Shown piece by piece: positions 39,673 to 57,984 of a stretch of 64,000 nucleotides of DNA; positions within the stretch are counted from its first letter, which is position 1; each line of letters opens with the position of its first letter. The translations under genes and the position numbers were made by a program. Source of the stretch: the human T2T-CHM13v2.0 reference genome, Homo sapiens; the NCBI RefSeq assembly GCF_009914755.1, contig NC_060927.1; one strand, given 5' to 3'. The notes under the pieces are model-generated. The model searched no databases. It saw only the letters and a program-made list of their open reading frames with translations, and had not been told where the DNA came from.

Positions 39673-40375
39673 GGAATATTTTAATCTCCACCGTGACCTC
39701 TGTGCTGGACTAGCTCCCCTGCAGGACCCAGGCTCCAGCCTTGGTATGCACAGGCCCACTGGCTCTCCAACTCTCCATTCCACCCCAAAGAACTGCTGAA
39801 CCCCAACTTTTCCTTGGCCCCACAATGGCCCTGGAGCAAGAGTGAGCAGGGATTATTAGAACCTTCTGCAGATGGAGAAAAGGCAAAGCTACCTGCTAGA
39901 TCTCACAAGGAGTAAAAGGCAGGGCTGGGATCGGAATACAGTTCCGGGCTCTCCAGCTCTGTTGATTGTCTGGATCAACAGCAGGTCCTCTGGCCCAGTG
40001 GGCAGTGGGGATGTGGTAAAACATCATTTCCAAGCTTCAAAGGCAACCAGGACTCCTGCACAGTTGAAGGGAATGTCCCACAGACGCTGATAGAAATGAG
40101 GGAGGCCTTTAGCAGTGGGCTGTCGGATCAGAACCAGGTACACTCAGGTCACGGCTCTTTGACAATGAGAAGGAGGAAGAGGAAGGCCTGATGGATCCCC
40201 ACTACTCAGATATGACCCACACCCCAAATGTCCATGGCCTCACACCTTCCCCAAGGATCAGCGCTGGGCCCAGACACATCTGGTGTCTCCCTGATGTCCA
40301 CAAGTCTGTAGGCAGAACACTCTTCCCTTCCCAGGAAAACTCCACCTTATCAATAGTGTTCAGGACAGCACCCTA

Positions 40376-40630
40376 GGCTGGGCACAGTGGCTCACATGTG
40401 TAATCCCAGCACTTTGGGAGGCTGAGACGAGTGGATCACCTGAGGTCAGGAGTTCGAGACCAGTCTGGCCAACAGGGCAAAACCCTGTCTCTAGTAAAAA
40501 TAGAAAAATTAGCTGGGCATGGTGGTGGGCGCCTGTAATCCCAGCTACTTGAGAGGCTGAGGCAGGAGAATCGCAGAGGTTGCAGTGAGCCTAGATCGCA
40601 CTACTGCACACCAGCCTGGGCAACAGACCA
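40376..40630 (+). mobile_element. AluS
   Basis: TSD gacagcaccct. Confidence 0.9.
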
Positions 40631-42869
40631 CGACTCTGTCAAAAGAAAAAGACAGCACCCTCTGGGCATCCTAAATTCAAAGCTGCTTCTGGCAGGAGAA
40701 ACCAGTCCATCTTAACCTGGCATCCTACATCCCAGTGAAGTAAAAAAAACAACAAAGCAAATCAGTGTTTGCAACAAAACAAAACTCAGCAAGTTTCTGG
40801 ATCAGCCTGTGATGAGTGGGTTCAAGGTGAGGACATTGGCAATTGGTGGGTGAGGCCATGTGGGGGTGCAGGGGTGTCCTCGTGGGCCACCGTGGCCCGG
40901 GCCTTGGAAAGCCGAGACCAGGAGAGCTCATGCCTGTGGCCACCCAACACATGGCAGGGCCCATTCATGCCTTTCCACTTTCTTCAGAAACTGCCACAGC
41001 AGCTGTCCCTCCCTGGACAAAGCCACCTTCTTTCCTGACGCCAGGGCCCCATTTTCTTTCTGTCTTAATCTAAGGCTGATGGGAAATATAAACAACTAGC
41101 TGAGGCAATTTCTGAAATTGGTGGAAATCATTTAACAAGCTTCTGGAGCATCCCTTCTTGTCCTGGGGAGGTGTGCGGAATGTGTGTCTGAAAGAGCATT
41201 TGCTGGCAGCCATGGCGTTTCTTCCCCGGGCCTAGTCACTGGGGTTTCCAAGGCTAAGGACACCTCAAATCCACATCCAGATGCCTGGCTCTGCACAGTC
41301 TCCCTGCCTGACACCCTTACCCGCCAAAGCTCCTGCAGGGCCAGCTGGGCCTAAAAGCAGTTTTCGTTTCTTCTTCACCTGCAGCTTCGTCTTTCAGGAG
41401 AGGGTAAAGCAATGTTTCCATTGGAATTTTAAAAGATGCTCCACCACTACGTGCACTTCTGTGGACTGGGGTTAGGTGGGAGGAGGAAGCAGTAGTGGGG
41501 AAACAAACGATTCCAGGGACCACAGTCCCTCTGTAACCTTGTGTTGGGCAGATTTAAAATTCCACTCGTTCAAGTCCACTAGGCTAGAGCTAGGCATCCC
41601 TGTCTAGTGCTTTACCTACCTCCTCTCACTCCTTACTACACCCTATGAGGCAAGTGCTATTGTGCCCATTTTTAGATGAGTAAACTGAGGCACAGGGGGA
41701 TCAAGCACTTTGCTCAAAGATTCACAGCTTGAAGGGGGTAGGGTAGCAGGGTAGCTGGGCTGGGTCCAGTGACTAGGCCTGGGGAAGCAAAGCCACAGCT
41801 GCCTCAAAGCCCTCTCTGGACACGTTTCCCTCCCCGCCAAACTCCTGGCCCCACCACACACACCTGCCTTTCTAATTCTCAAGGGAGAAAGAATATAGGG
41901 CTGTTGCAAGAAAGGACGAGGAGCCTGATGGGGACAGAGCAGCCTAGGGGGGTCATAAGAACAGGGCCACCAGGCCTGACACAGGCGAGTGCCTCCCTGG
42001 CTGGGGCATGGGGAGAGGTGTGAGGATGAGGCTGGGCAGTGCTGGTTCCAGGGCTCCTGAGGACATCATAAGAACCAGCCCAAATGAAGCCAAGGGAAAG
42101 AAACGGTGACCTGAGTTCATCAACGCCATGCATTCTAGGCCAGGTGCCTTCTGCAGGTAATGGGGCTAAAGGAAAAGCCATTAAATCATGAGTATTTATA
42201 ATGCCCTCGCCCTCCCTCCTTTGCTGGCTCAGCCACAGCAGGCCTTTGAGCTGGATCATTAGGGGTGAGGGTGGAGAGGAGCAGAGCCTGGCACAGCCAT
42301 AGAGGTGAGGTGCAGGGTGTAGGGAGAGAACTACCTCGGCACGGGGACTGGAAGAGGAAAGAAGGGTGGATGTGGGTCAAGTGGACACCCAGGAAGCCTT
42401 GCTGCGGCTTGGGGTTTCCAAGGCTTTTGGAGCTGAATTTGCCTCCCATTTCTGTTCTCCTTTCATCTTTCCTGGACCACGTAAGGTGGGTGACAGATGA
42501 GGAAACTGAGGCACAGAGAGGCAAGATCTCCTGCCCATGGTTCCAAAGTGAGGAATTAGACCCGAGAGGCCAAAAGTGAGGTGCCTTCCCACTCCTTGGT
42601 GGTGCTGCCCAGGGTCAAAGCCCCAACAGTCAGGGACCCTGGGATATACAAAACCTTTTCTTTGTAATGTACCATAATTTTTTTGGGCCAGATTTATTTC
42701 TCCCAAATATTTCTTATCATGCCAATGTTTGTGCGAAACAATTACCCTAAATTCCTTAAGATGGGATGAAGACAGAGGCAGGGGAGGAACTGTAGAGAAA
42801 AATAAGCCATGGAAGGTCAGGGATGGATTGAAAACAAATCCTGTGGGTTCCAAACTTGCTGGATTTTTA

Positions 42870-44436
<1,567 letters not shown>

Positions 44437-47199
44437 GTAAATAAATAAAAGACATGGTCGCAGGTGGATTTCTCCAGTGATGGTGCAGATGGAAGAAGTG
44501 CTGAACACAGGGCACCCCTGGGGTCCTTCCACCCAGGGCCCGGCGCTTGGCCCTGTGCTTGCAGATCTGCGGCAGGCAGAGCTGAGAGCAGGCAAAGACA
44601 AGTCACCACTGTGCTTGGGCATCCTGCCCACCAGCCCCACCGGGCAGCCAGAGCTCCACATGGTTTCCATCATGGTTACAAAATAAACAAATGCAAGTCA
44701 CTCTGTCCCTTCTGTGGCCCCCCACAGCCCGACATCTGCACATCTGCGAGAACATTCTCTCGTCATTAGAGAGATGCCACTTGGGGATCTCAGAAGCCAT
44801 GTGGGGAAGACAGAAACCTTCAGCTCTAGTTCAGGAACATTAAACACACCATGCTATCCCAGTTTGTTCATAAAATTCTTGTGTTAATGTCCTAGGGGAA
44901 ACAAAAAGGATAGCTATTTTAGCAGCATTCTCTAGTTTGGTTGGGATTCTGTGTGGAGGAGAAGAGCTCTGTTTTCCTTCTGGCTGCAATGTCTTGATTC
45001 TCTGGGTCTTTGTGGTTCTCCCTGCATGGCCCTGCCGGGCTCTGGTGAGGGAAGATAAGAGTGTGCTCCAAGGCTGGCGAGGCTGGGGTTTTCGTCTGCA
45101 CCTGGTGAAAGGACTGGCTCCTACATCACCAGCTTCCCTCTGAATATTTTCAGAATTCTCCTGGGAACAGTGGTGGACAACAAAAGCCTTCTGAAAGAGG
45201 TCCTCTGGCACCCCTTATGCCATTCCCCTGGTGTTACCTTTTGTGATTTTCAAATGAAAGGGCAAAGAAGTGAGGAGTAGATGAGCCGGGAACAAAACTG
45301 GCGCTGCCCGCAGACAGTCATGCTTTCATTTCAGGCTCCCCCTGCTCTCCCACCCCACATGGCCACGTGGAAGCCGCACACTATTAGTTCCACATAATTG
45401 GAAAGGGTGTCAGGATCTCCCAGACATTAACCAGAAACATGCTGCTCAGTTGTCACCTCCAATGTGACTAATGCAGCCGTGTCTTAATTAGTCACTGCTC
45501 ACTGACTGCGATGACAGCTCCCGAGCCTGTTCCAAGGCCCCAACCTGTGATGGGGCACTGCAGAGCAGATTAAAGGTGAGAGGCCGCTGGGAAGGAAGGA
45601 CCAGGAGTTGCCAGTTTTTCAGGTCTCTTTCCCACTGAGCACTGTGAACCCAGGTGGCCTCTGCCAAACCCCTTTGTCAACATTGTGACAGTAGAGTCAA
45701 TAGGGTCATAACATTGGGACACATTTATTGGAGGGAGAGAAGAAATGTGACAGGGAAATGGTCTAGAAGATTCCTTCACAAGTCAGCTGTTATGTCACGG
45801 GTCCCCATGCAGCTCCCTGGGGAAGGGGCGATGAGGGATGAACCGTGCCACTCTGACTGGCCTACACCTAGCAAATGCTGCTCAGGCCAGGGTGGCCCAT
45901 CTACTGGCTAATGTATGACCTGTGATCTACAGTGGCTGTCTTATAATCTGTGCCAGTTCCATTTCTCCTGCAGGGGCTTTGCACTCAGAAGCAAGGAGGA
46001 GGGAGGGGGCTGGGGGCGGGAAGTAAAAGGTGAGAGACTGCCCCCTCAGTGGAAGTGCCTAGGCCTCTACCCTGAGAGCAGTAGCCATGTCTGGGTCCTC
46101 CTCCTCTCACTGCCCACCAGCCTGAGGGCTGGCCTGCTGTCTGGGCCCCAGGAAAAATGAGAATCACCCCACGGTGAAGCCGGGAGAAGCAGAGAGGGCT
46201 GGGAGCTGCCCCAGAGCCTGGCCCCTGCCAGCCTCACAGTGAGGCAGCCTCCAGGCACCACCTCCCTGCTCCTGGCATCCCCTTCCCTCCTTCCTAAGCG
46301 CCCAGGGCCCAGTGTTCATTCGGCCTCACAGGTGGAGCACCCAGGGCCCTTTAACTCTTCAGGCCCCTCAGAAATGAGATGAAGACAAAATTTACTGGCT
46401 CCGAAATAGAACGTTTCAAAATTGCTTTTTCAATGCTTTTTCAATTGCTACAGAACATACCACCATATCAGTTAGGCAGCCACCACTCTTGTGTCCTTAT
46501 CCTTATATACGATTGTGTTCAACATGGGACATGATATACTGCAATAGGTTCCACAAGCTGGGGGTGGGGTCTCCAAACGTGTGTGGAGCCTGCAGAGGTA
46601 GGGACAGAGTTCCGGGCACACTTACTTTGCCGAGCATCTATGACTTGCAAGGAAAGACCTAATTCGCACATCTCACCTCCAGCACTTTCTTTTTAAGCCG
46701 CGCTTCCCAAGAAGAATGGAAAAGTCAACTGGTGAAGAATCGACTGCGCTGGAACAAGGGCTAACTGCTGCTAATTCATCTGAAGGATAATTGAGAAGTA
46801 TTTATAAGTCTTCCTTCATTAGGCCCCTAAAGGAGGCTGAACTACATTAAGAGCCCATCTTCCCAATTGTGCTCTGATACACCCAGACAGTTCTGGTTAA
46901 AAATGAGTAACACTAAATAATGGGACTGATTATGCCAAGGTAATTGGGGACTGACTGATAATGCAAATCAGTAAGTCTTCCCTCTCCTCAAATTCTTCAA
47001 GTAAAACACCTTTTCTGCCACCTTGAAAGCTAGTTAGCAAATGAAATATTTACAACATTAAGGACCAATTCACTCAGGTAAGTAAATAATAGTGAAGCAA
47101 ATAATTTTTCGTCTGCATCTGATTGTCTCAGAAGTCTCATTTCCAAATTAAATACACAAGTCTCAGTTACTTCCTGGACACTCATGGAATATTCAGTAA

Positions 47200-47541
<342 letters not shown>

Positions 47542-47882
47542 TTTCAGTTGCTTTTTCTAGTCCATTGTGTTTCATTGTCTTTGAGAAATTTCTAGGGGAC
47601 CCCTGATACTTGAGCCTTAGCTCATCTTCTTTCCAAATCTGGTCCTTTCTGACAGGCTCCACAGGCCTCCCGGCTTCCAGTGTGCCTTCCAGAACTCTTC
47701 CTTAGGGCCACTGAGAACCTTGTGCAAGCAGCTTCATGAGTCCGTGGGTCAGCTCCCAAAGGTGCTCAGGATCGAGCTGCTGGTGGAAGCTCTCCTCACT
47801 AGCAAGCCCCCTGCACACCCGTCTCACTTGCCATCGGTGCCTGGCCCCCATAAACTGCAGGAGTGTGTAAATATGTGAAGGA

Positions 47883-48176
47883 GGCCAGGCGCGGTGGCTC
47901 ACGCCTGTAATCCCAGCACTTTGGAAGGCGGAGGCAGGCAGATCACTTGCGGTCAGGAGTTCCAGACCAGCCTGGCCAACATGGTGAAACCCCCTCCCTA
48001 CTAAAAATACAAAAATTAGCCAGGTGTGGTGGTGCATGCCTGCAGTCCCAGCTACTGGGAGGCTGAGGCACGAGAATTGCTTGCACCTGGGAGGCAGAAG
48101 TTGCTGTGAGCCAAGATCGTGCCACTGCACTCCAGCCCGGGCAACAGAACGAGACTCTCTCAAAAAATAAATAAAA
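47883..48176 (+). mobile_element. AluS
   Basis: TSD aaatatgtgaagga. Confidence 0.92.
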
Positions 48177-48454
48177 TATGTGAAGGATATCCCCTGTTCG
48201 GATTCTCTCTCTTCTTTAGTCCCCACCCCGTTTTCAGCCATGGCTCTTCTAAGACTAGGCCAGGGATCATGCTGCCCCTGATTTCCCACTGTGAACTGAA
48301 CTCCATCCATCCCAGAGGCCACACAGCAACACTCACAGCTCCCACCGTCCGGGCCTGCCCAGCCTCTCACCTGAGCCCCTCCTCCTCCAGGTTCTGGATG
48401 CTCCCAGCTCCTGCCTGTCTCTTCCTCAACATCAAAAGCTGCTCAGGAAATAAT

Positions 48455-48747
48455 TTTTTTTTTTTTGGAGTGGGGGGACAGGGTCTTGCTCTGTCATCCA
48501 GGTTGGAGCGCGAACATGCTCATTGCAGCCTTGAAATCCTGGGCTCAAGCAATCCTTTGCACCTCAGCCTCCCGTGTAGGAACTACAGGTGCGTGCCACC
48601 ACGCCCAGCTAGTTTTTAAATTTTTTTGTAGAGATGGGGTCTCCCTGTGTTGCCCAGGTTGGTCTCAAAATCCCGGGCTCAAGCAATCCTCCTGCTTCAG
48701 CCTCCGAAAGTGTTGAGATTATAGGCGCAAGCCACAACGCCTGGCCC
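48455..48747 (-). mobile_element. AluJ
   Basis: Diverged reverse dimer. Confidence 0.85.
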
Positions 48748-48882
48748 GGCAAAGAATTCTTTTTTCTTTTTTCCTCTCACTAGAGAACAAAAAGGAAATA
48801 AATCTTGATGGGGTTATTTTACATCTTAGTGTGAATGAGTCACCGAGTTCTCTGCGGAATCTGAATTTCCAGTATCCTCTCT

Positions 48883-48964
48883 AATTCTGGAAATAACAGT
48901 CTTTGAACTAGGTGAAAGGAAATTCTGGAAATAACAGTCTTTGAACTAGGTGAAAGGAAATTCT
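48883..48964. repeat. Perfect 38-bp tandem duplication
   Basis: aattctggaaataacagtctttgaactaggtgaaagga x2, then aattct. Confidence 0.97.
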
Positions 48965-49432
48965 ATCACCTGATGGAGGAGGATATTAGAGTGAAGGGGC
49001 TGTCCTAGACCCCCTGAAATCACACACTTGCCCTGCTCTGTGCTGAAACTAGTCCTGACTTCTCAAGGAATGGCCGTTTAATAAACAAACAAAACAAGGA
49101 CCAGGCCAGATGGAGAAGACAGGAGAGAAGTCCCGCAAACAACGGGAAATACAGCTTAAGGGGGGATGGGGAGAGGAGCAAAGGAGACACCACAGGCCTT
49201 TCAGTCCCAGACACAGGAGGTGCCAGGATACCATCCCTCTTCCAAAGTCAAGAAGCCCAGTCCCAGCTACAACATCAACAGAGAGAGAAACGTTCCAGCT
49301 GAGGAACACCAAAGGTTCACATCCTCAAGTTACTTACCTACCCTCCTTATGAAATTAAAGAATTTTTGTCCCTTTTGGAGGGAGAAGGGGTATGAAAGAA
49401 GAAAGGTCTTTTCAAAAGTGTGAAGAAAATAT

Positions 49433-49438
49433 TTTATT
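49433..49438 (-). terminator. RFT1: Polyadenylation signal AATAAA (RFT1 distal site)
   Basis: Plus-strand tttatt; downstream on the minus strand lie CACAC and the U-rich CTTTCTTCTTTC. Confidence 0.7.
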
Positions 49439-49510
49439 TCTTATTAAACCAGGGGACTGATGTGAAACTAGCAACAGGAATGCATGATTAAGGAAAAAAA
49501 ATGGCTGGTC

Positions 49511-50078
<568 letters not shown>

Positions 50079-52828
50079 GACAGGAGGAAGGAGGGGCCCT
50101 GCTTGAATCAGGTTGGGAAGTGGCTGGGAACAGGGCAGAGTAGCGGTTCCAGAGCCAGAAGTTGCCATCAGGTAAGCATTAAACAGCACAGCAGCAGCTC
50201 CTCACTGAGAGACCCCAAGCCAAATCTGAAGTGACCAACAGTTACCTGTGGCCAGAGGAGCACAGGAAGTCAGCGATACTGTTCTTCTCACCAACGAATG
50301 CTCCTTCCTTTCATAAAGGTTGTGCCTCAGAGACTTGTTTCCATGGAGAAGTAGCCTCACTATAAGTGGTATTGAAAGCCAAAAGTATGATTTCTGCTCC
50401 CCAAATCCACTTGGGTAAAGTGAGGCAGGCTGGCCCACATGTATGCAAGCTCCCTGAGGCACAGCTGTGGCTCTAGGGGGTCCAGCAGGGGAAATGCCAG
50501 AGGCCTGGTCAGGTCCAGCTGAGCTTTAGGGAGGCACCAGAGGCAGAGAACCACAGAGGACCTGCTGCCAAAGTGCTGACAGCCCAGGCGGCAGGGCTAG
50601 TCCTGGGAAAACACGCAGCCACATGTACAACTCTCCCTAGATACAGGGAAGCAGGACACCGGAAGAAGCCCTGGGCTGCCTTTGCGGCTGGCTGTCTTTC
50701 AAGAGGAGCTGGCCCTGACAGCAGCACTGGGCGAACAGCAGGGGAGGGATGAGAGAGTGAGCACTGCCTTCAGACATAGAGCCTCTCTCAAGCTGAGAGA
50801 GCACAAGCCTGGGGAGTCCTGCTCCCAGAGACCCCGGAGTCACAAGGCTGCTTGTAGAGCAGCAGCTCTGTTCCTGGAGCAGAGAACAGGCACTGTGAGC
50901 ATGAGCATGATGGTCCTGGGCCTGTCACGAAGGAAGACAATGGGGCATGCCAACCTTGGTGGCATCAAAGCCACGTGGGCTTGCCAGAAAAGCCAATCTC
51001 AGAGCCCTCCTCCTGGGAGACACAGACCCTGAAGGCCTGGAGTGGGTCCTGGGAAGCCATGTTCTGACTTGCAATCCAGGTGATTCCGAGGCAGGTAGAA
51101 TGAGGATCATGCTTGAGTCTGGGGTCAGGTGGGCACGGGATAGGTGCAGGGTTCCGGGAGGGTGATCAGCAGCTGCAGAGAAGCAGCTCATGAGGACTGA
51201 AGGTCCCTTTCTGTGGATGCCAGGGACAGAGAAAGGACATGGGAGGGAAGGAGGACTGCCTTCCGTGTGTGCTCCACTTGACCCTATGGGACCATCCATT
51301 TTTCTGAGCTGGCCTGACCTTGCCCGATGAAGGCATGACTGAGGCCATGCTTTGGAGGTCCTCTAATTGCTCAGGACACCTTGCATTTAGCTGCTTTTCT
51401 CCCACTTAGTGCAAAGCATTCTCCCTCTGAGTAGATAAAAACCTGCCAGGTGACTGGGCCCCAGTCTTGGTGTACTGACAGGTCTTAATCCTTAGCCCCT
51501 GGGTACTGGCTCTGGGCAAGCAGATTTAAATACATGCATTTTAATGCATGATAGGAGTTGCCCTTACTGGCCCTCTCTCTAGGTGTAGACACAGAAGGTT
51601 TGGGGCACTGAGTGACAGGATTATTAACATCCAAGTTATAGTTTGTGCATATAGTTCTGAGGGGGGTTAATATCTAAAAGGAATTAATACATTAACAAAA
51701 AAATAAAAACACTTCACACTCCAGAACACTGCTCATGATTTCACCTGCAGTGTGCAGGCTGCAAGGTGCAGAACACCTGGGCTCACACTGTAGCCTGGAG
51801 TACCAGGCCCCCATGCCTGCCACTCTTGTCCTGGGGCTGGAATTTGGTTGTATTGATCAATGCTGGAATTAATGGGTCAACGGGAGGGACCTGACTCAGT
51901 AATACTAGCCATATAGAGTTTGCCTTGTCTTATTCTGAGGATAAAAAAGTACATCTGTTAAACCTTATCTGTCACCAGTGCAATTCCCATGTGAGAAGTT
52001 ACAGAAAGCTGCAAAGCAGCATTCCCCTCAGGGACAAAGTGGCTCAACTGGATCACAGTTTTCTTCAAAGTCCGCCTCTTGCAGGTGGCCAGGCCAGGAG
52101 TCTCCAGCCAGCTTTCACCCACCCTTCAATCAACAAATCCTGAGAGCCCACTCTGGGTCAAGTATGTGCTGACCTGGGGCGGCGGGGAACAGTGTGATCA
52201 CGACAGGCAAGATTCTCCCGAACTCACTCTGGGAAATGTGATCTGAAAACCTTCCTGGTTTCATTTCTTGGATTTCTCACTGAGTAGCATTTTTCCTTCT
52301 CTAAAAACTCAGACCACAGTTTTGACACAAAGAAAGCCTCAACTTCAGGGCCACACTCTGTTTCCATGTGGTGCATGAGAGAGAGAGGTTTCTCTCTCTC
52401 TTTTACAGAAGAAGTTCAATATTCCTGTGAAGGGTAAAATCACTGCATCTCTTTTTCTGGGCCAGATAATTATTAACAGTTAACAATTAAGATATAGTTT
52501 GTTGGAGCATGTAGCTCCAAAGGCCAATCATACGCAAAAGGAATGAGTATATTAGTAAAAGAGAAAATGCTGATTACTATAAAATGATAAAAAACTATTA
52601 TTTTTAAAGGGCTTTTGGTCTTCACTTAAAAATGAAACTCCCCCCCCGCATTTCAGACTTCGAATGGTCACAGGTGTCTCATGCAGTGGCACTCTCTGGT
52701 GCCTCATCTCTGGGGTTGCTGTCACTCCGCTGCAGAGCCCTCAGTGGGGCTCTTACACAGAATGTGTTCCACCCACAGAACTACCCATAGCTGGTCCAGG
52801 TGCCTCGGGTGTCCAGGCTTCCCTGAAG

Positions 52829-53029
<201 letters not shown>

Positions 53030-53234
53030 TCAGTCTATACCTCCTTCCTCTGGGACCAGCCAGGGAAGACAGCTGTGGTTCCAGCTTCTAAGTCAGATAA
53101 AAGGCATAACAGCCATACTGCAGGTCCATTGTTTCCCCATTGGCAACATTCTCTTGTCACATTATCAGAAGATGCTGCCCTAGAGGCCTGGGGAGGGGAC
53201 AGGAGGAGGCAAAAACCTGGGAAGAGGAGGCCTA

Positions 53235-53726
<492 letters not shown>

Positions 53727-54532
53727 TCAGGAGATGTATGTTTTTTGAAGACAATAATTAGTTAGTTAAGCGATACTTTGTGATCAAAACATAAAAACCC
53801 TGTTCAGCCCAAGTCCTCAATGTGAGATACAAGAATGTGACCTGGGTAATTAGACATTGGATGCTAACTCTGTGACAGGCCCTGTGAGGAGTGCTGGGGA
53901 CACACTGGAGAATGAACACACATGGGCCTTGCCCTGCAGAGCTTGGATTTATTTCACAGACAAGGGAAGCAGCACAGAGAAGTTGAGTAATTTGTCTCAA
54001 GAGTGAGGTAACACTCAGCCGGACTTCTGACCCCTAAGCTTCAGTACCTCACACCACTGCCCTTGGGAAATGCAGCACCCAGTAACCTTGGGCAGTAGAC
54101 CCCATTCAAAGCAAATGACTGGCCTCCAAAATGAAATGGGAACTGAAACCAAAGCCTGGATCACCTCTGCTATTTTCCAGACTCTTACATATCCTCACTC
54201 CCACTCTCTGTATCTCTAGAGCTCTTTGGATCCTGGCGCTTCTTGCACTTCTCTGATTTCAAAGCAGCACATCACTTAGTTATCTTCAGTCCTCCAAAAA
54301 GAAAACAGATTCTCAGCAAACACGAAATAGCTGCCATAGTCCTCCAAAAGGCTTGTACAGCCAAGAACAAAATCCCCTAGCCTCTGGTTTCCGCCTAGCA
54401 CCAAGCAGGCACTCAAAGTATATAGCTGTTGAGGGAACCAAACTTTTGACATCCTCAAGCCATGTCTGCTGGGTTAGAAAACCTCAGAGGCCACCACCCA
54501 GATTCTGCACATGAGGGGTCGTCAGAAAGCAG

Positions 54533-54930
54533 AATCCCAGTGCTTTGAGAGGCTGAAGTGGTGGGAGGATTGCTTGAGGCCAGGAGTTCGAGATCAGCCT
54601 GGACAACAGAGCTAGTAGACCCCCGTCTCTACAAAACCCAGTAAAAATTACCCAGGGTTGGCGGCACACACCTGCAGTCCTAGCTACTCGGGAGGTTGAA
54701 GCGGGAGGATCGCTTGAGCCTAAGAGTTTCAGATCAGCCTGGGCAATATCATGAGACCGTGTCTCTACAAAAAATTAAAAAATTAGCCGTGATATACACC
54801 TGTTGTCCCAGCGACTTGGGAGGCTGAGAGAGGAAGAAGGCTGGAGCCCAGGAGTTCAAGGCTATGGTGAGCTATGATCATGCCACTGCACTCCAGCCTG
54901 GGCAACCGAGCAACACCCTGTCTCAAAATA
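54533..54930 (+). mobile_element. Trimeric AluJ-like element
   Basis: Three consecutive monomers separated by two A-rich ctctacaaaa linkers. Confidence 0.75.
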
Positions 54931-55257
54931 TAATGATGACTTAAAAATGCATATGGGGCCCTCACCACCAGAGTTCCTGATTCTGCAGGTGTGGGAGGAG
55001 GTCCTAGAACTTGGCCAGTACCCTAGAACTATGCTTGTAATCCCAGCACATTGGGAGGTTGAGGCAGGAGAATTGCTTGAGGCCAAGAGTTTGAGACCAG
55101 CCTGGACAACATAGTGAGACCATGTCTCTACCAAAAAGAAAAAAGAAGGCAAGCCACTGCATCCCCCAAATGCCCAGGTATAGGTCCTTGGCTGATTCAG
55201 GCCAAGGTGCTGTGTGCTGTGGAGATACGCTTTATCAAAGTGGGTAGTAAAAATACT

Positions 55258-55261
<4 letters not shown>

Positions 55262-55296
<35 letters not shown>

Positions 55297-55302
55297 CACA
55301 CA
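55262..55302. repeat. (CA)n microsatellite
   Basis: About 16 CA units with an interrupted tail. Confidence 0.95.
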
Positions 55303-55892
55303 CAATACTATACTCCAACAGGAGAGATGTGCTTTCATCCGGAGTTCCAGAGAGGGAGTTTATTTGCTTTTCAGTCCAGAGAGAGTCTCTTTTAATGAAG
55401 TACGAGAGCCTGTACCTCACAGGGGAAGTTTTTTCACTACTAATCAGTGATCAGAAAGGTCAACTTCAGAACAAGCCACTCAAATGGGACCCATCACAGA
55501 CCAGTACTTTGACCTCTTTTCCACAAAGCAGCAGAGATATGTAACCTGTTTTTCAGAAACTATCTCAGAAAGGTCTACTATACCAATCCTTGGAGTTTAA
55601 GTCATAGATTCACAAACTTTTAGCCATCATTCCCCAACTCCGAGTAAAATAACAATAATGAATAAAGCCAATAGTTAATTCATGCTAATTCAAGCAGAGA
55701 CGCATTCGACAGCACAGCCTCTTTGATATGGCCATCTGAGAGGAGCTGATGATGGGGTCCATTGTCTGCCACTAGAAGAGGGCCCTGCAGCTGCTGAACT
55801 TTCCAGAATTCACAAATCTACAGCCTTAAAGGCATAATCCACTTCAGGAAAAAATGAGAATTTTAAAAATGCAATTAAAATATCACTTTTTT

Positions 55893-57984
<2,092 letters not shown>

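Noticed and set aside
47702-48619. 222-aa and 166-aa ORFs, and the many similar short ORFs across the window
   Set aside because: They are translations of Alu sequence (e.g. [26 protein letters not shown]).
48883-48964. CRISPR-like repeat (38-bp unit)
   Set aside because: Two abutting copies with no spacer and no cas genes, in a primate genome.
55769-55785. Second CTCF-like site CCACTAGAAGAGGGC
   Set aside because: Three extra bases break the core spacing.
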